From the NCBI RefSeq assembly GCF_009914755.1, contig NC_060931.1: a stretch of DNA of 64,000 nucleotides; one strand, written 5' to 3'. Each line of letters opens with the position of its first letter. The stretch's first letter is position 1. Under the pieces are notes generated by a model. It was not told the origin of the DNA. It made no database searches and saw only the letters and a program-made list of their open reading frames with translations. This DNA is from the human T2T-CHM13v2.0 reference genome, Homo sapiens. Position numbers and translations under genes: made by a program. Of the stretch, positions 56,013 through 64,000 are shown piece after piece.

Positions 56013-57510
56013 AGTCAGAGCAGTTAAATAAAAGCATTCTAGACAATCAAAGCAGAATTTATTATGTTAAAAAAAGAAACTTAAGCTAAAAGTTCTACAA
56101 AAATTCTATCTGGAAAGTATTGAGAAATGATTAAACATTACCTTCATAATAATGTTATTATATTTTCCAAAAAGACATAAGGCTACAAATACATTAAGCA
56201 ATAAAATTTTAGTGAGCAGTCATTCAAAACTTTTAGTCTGTTTTTCATCAACTTTCACATTCGATAGTACCCTTTGTTCAAAAGAGGTTTTAAAATCTTG
56301 AACTATATTCCCAGGCGACATGAAACCCTCTTAAATGTATTAAAATCTTATAAGACAATAGTTTTATAAAACAAAAATTATTTTGTTTATGGATTATAGC
56401 CCCTTTAAATCAACAATTCCAAAATGGTTAAACAAGTAGACTTTTTAAAATGACCTAAGTAAGGTAATAGGAAATTACAAAACTAAGAGAGATAAAATTT
56501 CAAATGATATAAGCTATTTCTACCTGTAATGAAAGTAAGACTTCTGATTGCAGGCAATTTGGTTATGGAGTGTTATAATCTCACAACAGAACCTATATAT
56601 ACAATTGGTTCTATTCTTGCTTCTTTAATTCTAATAGAATCTGAGAGTAAAGGAACAGTTTGAAAAAACAGCACAAACCTGCTTAACTGATCAGGAGAGG
56701 TAGATAAGAAAATGACTGCTTTGGTTTAACAGTATGAACAGCAAAGACAGAGGAAATCTGCCCAGAACTGAGGGACACAATCAGAGGTATTTTGACCCCA
56801 AGACTGAAAAATGGAGAGCCAAGCCATGCAAGCCCCAAAAAGGTTTGCCTTCAAAACTGAATTCAGAGTGAGTCAGGTCCATCTTAGTGACTGCTTGTTC
56901 ATGAGAACAGATATAGTAAGAGAATGAGAAAGGTACCTAAGTGGACTTGGATATTCATATTTTTAAAATTTTTCTCTAGGATGATCCATCTATTATCAAC
57001 CGTTTTGGTATTTACATCTATAATAACTAAGTCTAAACTCAGATTAAAGTCTGAAACTCAAGTAAAAGTGGTCTTCTTGCCAAGTATCTTCACCACCAAA
57101 CAGCAATTACCTAAATTTTAGAATTATTTCACAGTGCAGCCCAATTTCAGGATCTGAAAAACTAGTCATGAAGTGATGTCAAATGTCATATTACAACTCA
57201 CAATTATCTATATATTCTGTAATATAAACTAGTGCACTTCCCATTTCCTAAACCAAGTCTTAAACCAATTATCAATATCATTCAAAGTTAACTCCAAAAC
57301 AGCTCAACTCCACATCCGAGGTTTTTAATTATGACTTTGTGAACATTTTCACAAATATGGCAACTGCCTAAATTCCTAACCAGAAAACACCTTTCCCTTC
57401 ACAGATCATTAAGGATCTATAATCTTTTTACCTAATACTGTATTACTAAGTAATATACTAATATAAAACAAAGTCATCAGTGCAAACATTAACTCCAAAA
57501 GAATAGTTAA

Positions 57511-57804
<294 letters not shown>

Positions 57805-60637
57805 GAACGGTATAAAAAAGGAAGCTATCAGAGTCTGATTCTTGTCTGCTTAAAACTGTAATCAACTCTTTAAGAAAACTTAAATGTCCCCGTGAATCTT
57901 TTCTTGAAACAGCTACACATTCCCCTAACCCCTACTCCAGAGATGATCATTCCCTTCCTGTGTTCCTATGCAACACACAGAACATCCCTCCTGTATAATA
58001 CTAGTCACATACTATTACGCTTATTTACTTACATGTCACTGGATCTGAGCTTCACAAAAGCAAAGGACTCTTACCATCATCTTCACACTTAGCATAAATA
58101 TTCAAATGCTAGGCCAATAAAATCCTAGTTATATAAATAAATGAAGACCCAAAAAAATGTGCTTTGAGGGGGAGGGGTACATTTGTTCTAAGTTTGCTAG
58201 GGGAGGGAGAAGTGAATTTAATATACCCATATGGAGACTGTGATTAGTCAAATCAATATCTGACCATGAAGCTAGGATCCCAAGATTTTACAACTTCATA
58301 GAGTTCAGCCAGAATTCCATTAACAGCATATAGACATATGACCTATCTTTGTAGGATCCTAAAAGGACAATCTCAAATTTCCATTCTTTCCCCTCTAGCA
58401 GCACCAATTTATTTTCCTAGAAGCCACTGCCCACAGGAACAAAGTCCCTCCACCTACTCCTGACCCATCAGATCCAATTAGAGCAATGTTGATGAGAGCC
58501 ATCAACTTTTTACTTACTGGGGCACTCCTGTTCCTACAAAGCACTGGAGCCCTACTCTGCTAAGTCCACACACTGATAATGAAAGTAGGCATATGTGCAA
58601 GGAAGATGCACAAGAAATTATCTCTGTTAAACATAACAGCACTTGAAAACTAAAACACAGAATCAATGTTTAGTCATTGCAGGCGGTCAGAAAAACCTAA
58701 ACTTCCTTTATAATATTACTTAATAGCAAACTGTGCTGAATTCTAAATAATGACCTTACAAAGTAAACTTTTAGGACTCCAACTCCTATGCTGAGGACTA
58801 CCTATGGCTTTGCGATACCATTAAACTGCTGCTCAACAACTGTGATGCTTCAAATCAATTCTCACGTGATAAGAATGTAAACTTACTAAATCTAGTAACT
58901 ATACAAAGTTTTCAGTGAAATTCTATGACGATAAACACACATACCCCCACCGCTCCAGAGCTCCACCCACTCAACCTAGAAATGAAAGTCAGACATTACA
59001 ATTCACTTAAAGAAAACTTGTCAAAGGAGAAAAAAAGGTTTGCCATGTTAATCATTAATAGGCTGCATAGTATTTGGTTTAGCCTCCAAAAGTGTCTCCA
59101 GTGTGGCTACAGGAGGCAGGCAGTTTGGGAAGGAGTTCTGTAACAGATCTCATCCTCAGACAGCTAACTAATGCACAGCGGCACTGACATCCTCCACTAG
59201 TGATCAGTGCTGCACAGGCAGACCTCCTGCCAAAAGCAGGCCTCTTCATGGGTAGATAAGGCAGACAGGCTTCCCACTCCCGTCTCAGGTACTTTTTTTT
59301 AAAAAAGCTTTAGAAAAAAGTCTATAAACTGCAGACTAGGTCCCTTTTGGTTTAATAGTACAATGTAAAGATCTCGCCTACGTACATACCAGAGCATATA
59401 TTTGCTATGAACAGTATTATGGAAGTCTATGACTTTCAATTGACTATCCTAAAAACCTATTTTCCACTTCAAAAATGTGTGAAACTAATCATATGCAACA
59501 GGAAATCTTTTGTAATCAAGGTATTTTCAAACAGATTCTTACTCCCTGTGTAAATCTTAACTTTCAAACAAAAGATGTGAATAAACAGGGGCTCTAACTA
59601 GTTTAAGTACTTAAATTCCTCAGGGTTTTTTTTCCCTCCTACTAAAAATATTTGTATCACAAAGTACTGATAAACACAGCTAATGCCGATTAAGAGTTGT
59701 TTTTCTAAACCTCCTGTTTTTGCAATAACCGTCCTATTTCTGTGGTTCTTCTGCAAGTCTAAAAGCCTAACTAAACTTAATACTACAACACTGAAATGCT
59801 CATAATTCATTAATATCGTAATATAGATCAAGTGTCTTCCTTAACTTAGGTGCATAAAACAAGTGTTAAGTGTAGAAAGCATAGTTGCCTTCCAACAGAT
59901 CCATGCTTAAATGTACCTGATGCCAAAAGTTATTTCCCACCCTAAAATCCGACCCTCTTTATTAAACAAAAGTTTTAGTAATTAAACACTACTTATTCAA
60001 GAATAAAAAATGTATACAGTGGAGAATGCGAAAGCCTCACTTTCATATACAGTACTCTACATGACGGTATACTTCTTTTCTAAACTATTCCAAGACTCCT
60101 TGATTACCAACCACGGCCTTTCAAATCTGACTTTGGGGACAGATGGAGCTGTACTGTCTATATTTTATTTATTATCTCTGCAATATCCAGTTATGATTCA
60201 GAATGGAACACAGAATGGAAAAGCCATATGAGAGGGATGCACCAAATGGTGGTGGGGTGGAGGGCAGTTCTCTTTTAAACTAATGTCCATGTATCCTCTA
60301 CAGGAGAAAAATGTTGAAAGGGGTTGTGGTGAAAACGAATCTACAACTTATAATTCTTTGGTCCTTGAAACATATATAGTAACCTTGAAAGTATAATTTT
60401 TATAGGGGACACATACTTATTTCTAAGAAAAAAAAATCTTCAATTTCTGTTTAAGTTTCTGGGCCAAGTGTTGAAAGTAAAATGGAATTTTAGTGTAATA
60501 AGCAATAAAAGCTCTGATACGGGTTGTAGTGCTTTATCTTTTTTTTTTTTAAGAAAGGATATATCTCTCACTCGCATATTAGGTTGATGACTTTAAGTCC
60601 AAAGAAAGTAGTCCCTTTTCCATGCCTGCCAATTCTT

Positions 60638-60918
<281 letters not shown>

Positions 60919-61166
60919 TTTGCCTGCCAATTCTTAAGTCCCTTGATATTTCTGCTTCCTCTTACTAATTAACTGAACCTCATCAGGAAAATATTAATGA
61001 TGGTTCGAACACTCAGGAGACACAACCTCAGAACTCAAAATACCTCGCGGTCTACCAAAAGAGACCTATTTGATTCAAGACTGGAGGGGAGAAGCAGGAA
61101 AAAGGAGGGTACACGGCACGAAAAGCTGCTGGTCAGAGCAGCTGCCCCCAGCTTTTACACACTTAC

Positions 61167-61313
61167 TGGTTTGCTAGGGTAAACGTTAGATAGATGCGTT
61201 TTTAGTTTCCCCACGGTCCAGTTCAAGAAGCAGCTAATAGTCTGGTCACTGTATTTCTGATTCGGTGCTTTAATGATGAGGGTCACAGGAATCTCCATCC
61301 CACTTTGGTCCAT
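61167..61313 (-). CDS. HERPUD2: HERPUD2 first coding part (exon 2): MDQSGMEIPVTLIIKAPNQKYSDQTISCFLNWTVGKLKTHLSNVYPSKP, start of the UBL domain
   Basis: ATG at 61313 in strong Kozak context (ggcaccATGg); 147 nt; donor GTAAGT at 61166-61161; translation matches the HERPUD2 N-terminus as recalled. Confidence 0.97.
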
Positions 61314-61610
61314 GGTGCCCCCAAAGTCAGACAGAGTCCAGAGGAGCGGCAGTTAAGCCCAAAAGAGCCGAGATGGTCACCGCCGGCGCGACTGGGATGA
61401 GGACAGAAGTGAGTTCTTAGTATTCCGTGTCCAAGTCAGTTACAAGTGCACTGGAGGATACGAAGCCCATTGCCGGTACCAAGGATGGACTGAGGTGGTG
61501 GCGACTGCGACGGTGGGGTCTGGGTGCCCGGCCGTGGAGGCAGCTCTCCCCGCCAGGTCCGGGCTCCGCCGGGCTCCGGACTGTGGAGGCCGTCGTGAGG
61601 AGAAAGGAAG
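61314..61610 (-). other. HERPUD2: HERPUD2 5'UTR portion of exon 2
   Basis: Pyrimidine-rich acceptor ccctcatccctcccacccttccttcgtatAG ending at 61611. Confidence 0.75.
61417..61470 (-). CDS. Upstream ORF, 17 aa: MGFVSSSALVTDLDTEY*
   Basis: Only ATG in the inferred spliced 5'UTR; context ggcaATGg; TAA at 61419-61417; translation not demonstrated. Confidence 0.55.
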   Translation of the reverse strand: MGFVSSSALVTDLDTEY

Positions 61611-61783
61611 CTATACGAAGGAAGGGTGGGAGGGATGAGGGCACAACGGCCGGCCCGGGGTCACTGCCCCGCCCCACCGCGACCCCCAAGCTGGAACGCA
61701 ACAAGGCCCCTACGCCACGGCCCCGCGGTGCGGATCGGGGAAGCAGCTGGGCCGCTCAGGGCGGTCAGCGGGCACTGGGGTAC

Positions 61784-62120
61784 CTGAGAGAAGGCCGCGG
61801 GGCCCGCCACCGCCGCCCTCCGCGCCCAGGCAGGGCCGCCAGCCACACCGTCCGGCCAGGCGTTTTCCGTGGCAGCCGCTCCCTTCCTGCTGCGCGGCGA
61901 CCGGCACGGCCCAGCCCCGGGTCTCGCGAGGAGGCGCGGGTGAAAGGGAGAGAAGCTGACCGAAGGGCGCGGCCCGGCTCTCCGCCTGACCCCTCAGTCT
62001 GGACAGCGCAGGGTGGCGGCAAGGCAGGGCTGGGCCGGGGGCGGCCCAGGCGACTACAGGTAGCAGGAGGGCGGGGACGAGAGCCGTTGCGCCACCGCTG
62101 GCGCGCCGGTTTTGTTGTTA
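61784..62120 (-). other. HERPUD2: HERPUD2 non-coding exon 1 (TSS approximate)
   Basis: Donor CAG|GTACCC at 61784/61783; lies in the CpG island just downstream of an ETS/Sp1 cluster; 5' end inferred. Confidence 0.65.
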
Positions 62121-62192
62121 TTGCGAGGATTGTCTGGGGCCCCTTTAAGCCGGAACAGGCAGGGCGGAAGTGCGTCACCGGCGGCACGCCCC
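62099..62192. promoter_or_regulatory. Core promoter motif cluster: E2F-like TGGCGCGCC (62099), TTAAA on minus (~62144-62148), ETS CCGGAA (62150) and CGGAAGT (62165), Sp1 GGGCGG (62162), CRE-like TGCGTCA (62171)
   Basis: Motifs read directly from the sequence; occupancy unknown. Confidence 0.55.
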
Positions 62193-63124
62193 TGCACATG
62201 GACCTCCCCCGTCCCCGCCATCCCTGCCGATCCTGTTGCTGCCGCCTTCCCGCCGTGCTCGGGCTGCCCGGGACTCTAGCCGCCAGGCTTCGCGTCGCCC
62301 AGCGGCAGATCGGGCTCCTGGGAGCCTCTCCCCTGGCCGTTTGCTCGGCCTCGGCCCCAGCTGCCCTGGGGCCTAGCCACTAGCTCCCCTGGCGCTAGCC
62401 TACCCTGTCTTGACCGCACCCTGAAGATTTGGGAAGTCTTTCTCCATCCCAAGAGTCGTCTCTGCAAAAGTTGGTGTCCTTCCTGGTGCTGAACCACGCT
62501 TCTGCTCAAAATGTGTTGAGCGTCGTCTGTCTGCAAAGCACGGTGCCAGGAGCTTTGGTGGAGAAGGCATGGGGTACATGTGTAAAGAGTACAGGCTTTT
62601 GGTTAAACCTGAAGTCCTCCTCTACTTTCTGGGGGACCCTGGCCGTCCTTGCTGAGCCTCCGTTGACTTCTCTAATGGGGACGGTAATGCCTACCTGACC
62701 ACAAGCTGATGAGTAAATGAGCTATGAGTGCAAAGTGTGGTGCAGTTCTGGCGTGTGCCAGCCTCTCAAGTGTCAGTTTCCGTCTCATTCCTCTTAATCT
62801 TCACTAAAATGGACAAGTATTCATTGAGCACCTAATGCGTGTTCAGTATGGTGGGAGATGAGGGATGACAGTATTATTTTTCTATTTTATAGGTTAGACA
62901 TAGAACAAAAGGTTGAGTCTATTGCCCATAGCCGAACTTTTCTTCATTTTCTACTGTGGTTTAGAAGTCGGTATAGTAAGTTAAGGGTTGTTAGATGTGC
63001 ATTTTCACAGCTCCCAGCTTCCACTTAGGAGTAGATAACATAGGGGACTTTGCGAGCTGGTCTCTTTCCCTCTTAGCTTCAGAAGGGCTTCGAGGTAGCC
63101 ACCACTGAATTAGTTGAGAGACAA

Positions 63125-63193
63125 GGCACCCCTACGGAGGAAATCTCAACTGCACAACCCCTACTGTGCCCCAATTCAGCAGGAAGCAGTTAG
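63125..63193 (+). pseudogene. HERV-W env C-terminal remnant GTPTEEISTAQPLLCPNSAGSS*
   Basis: Closely resembles the syncytin-1 tail as recalled (GTPPEEISAAQPLLRPNSAGSS*); followed by retroviral 3' untranslated sequence and the PPT gagaggggg at 63237-63245. Confidence 0.85.
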
Positions 63194-63248
63194 AGCGGTG
63201 GTCAAACCTCCCCAATAGCACTTGGGTTTTCCTGTTGAGAGGGGGTAC

Positions 63249-64000
63249 TGAGAGACAGGACTAGTTGGATTTCCTAGGCTGGCTAAGAATCCCTAAGCCT
63301 AGCTGGGAAATTGACCACGTCCACCTTTAAACACGGGGCTTGCAATTTAGCTCACACCCGACCAATCAGGTAGTAAAGAGAGCTCACTAAAATGCTAATT
63401 AGGGAAAAACAGGAGGTAAAGAAGTAGCCAATCATCTATCGCCTGAGAGCACAACAGGAGGGACAATGATCAGGATATAAACCCAGGCATTCAAGCCAGC
63501 GGTGGCTACCCTCTTTGGGTCCCCTCCCTTTGTATGGAAGCTCTGTTTTCACTCTATTAAATCTTGCAATTGCACACTTTTCTGGTACGTGTGTGTCACA
63601 GCTCAAGCTGAGCTTTCGCTCACCGTCCACCACTGCTGTCTGCCGCTGTCACAGACCCACAGCTGACTTCCATCCCTCTGGATCCAGCGAGGCGCCCATT
63701 GCTGCTCCTGATCGGGCTAAAGGCTTGCCCTTGTTCCTGCAGGGCTAAGTGCCCAGGTTCGTCCTAATCTAGCTAAACACTAGTCACTGGGTTCCACGAT
63801 TCTCTTCCATGACCCACAGCTTCTAATAGAGCTATAACACTCGCCGCTTGGCCCAAGATTCCATTCCTTGGAATCCATGAGGCCAAGAACCCCAGGTCAG
63901 AGAACACAAGACTTGCCACCATCTCGGAAGTGGCCCGTCACCATCTTGGAAGCGACCTGCCACCATCTTGGGAACTTGGGGAGCAAGGACCCCCAGTAAC
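63249..64000 (+). mobile_element. LTR17 (HERV-W) 3' LTR with U3-R-U5, ending about 1 nt beyond the window
   Basis: Starts TGAGAGACAGGACTAG right after the PPT; CCAAT at 63362 and 63428, Oct-like ATGCTAAT at 63392, TATAAA at 63476, ATTAAA at 63556; ends ggacccccagtaac. Confidence 0.92.

Larger units (their letters stand above)
61320..62530. promoter_or_regulatory. CpG island / HERPUD2 promoter
   Basis: Abrupt rise in GC and CpG density against an AT-rich background; covers exon 1, intron 1 and the exon 2 UTR. Confidence 0.9.

Noticed and set aside
61427-62383. 318-aa plus-strand ORF, the longest in the track
   Set aside because: GTG start, Arg/Gly/Pro-rich low complexity, lies wholly in the CpG island antisense to the 5'UTR; stop depletion from GC content explains it; no recognisable domain
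62376-62400. CTCF-like motif (gcgccaggggagct on minus)
   Set aside because: Mismatch in the core; too weak to call without ChIP data

Overview
Primate, very likely human, genomic DNA (it carries an AluYa5-type insertion). The window holds nearly all of HERPUD2 on the minus strand. A CpG-island promoter and non-coding exon 1 lie at ~61.8-62.2 kb. Eight coding exons (61167-61313, 40179-40256, 37193-37306, 34412-34566, 5328-5450, 2113-2436, 1290-1407, 668-829) splice through canonical GT-AG sites into a 1221-nt, 406-aa ORF: N-terminal ubiquitin-like domain, S/Q/P-rich middle, hydrophobic membrane segments, acidic C-terminus. The 3'UTR runs off the left edge. The introns are dense in Alus, L1s (a TSD-flanked L1PA4-like copy in the gene's sense orientation, an old near-full-length L1MA, L1PB), ERV LTRs, DNA-transposon MITEs, MIR/L2 and microsatellites. 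A HERV-W (LTR17) remnant sits ~1 kb upstream of the promoter. I see no wholly new multi-gene system. The best leads are: (i) an apparently collapsed HERV-W provirus keeping a syncytin-like env tail and a full 3'LTR beside the promoter; (ii) the intronic L1 with an intact, extended ORF0 and a private deletion over the ORF1 start and the ZNF93-target segment; (iii) a single strong-context uORF ending a stop-free frame across the spliced 5'UTR; (iv) an alternating-orientation Alu cluster with a young AluYa5 and a G-run. Repeat subfamily names come from recalled consensus sequences and need RepeatMasker/Dfam confirmation.
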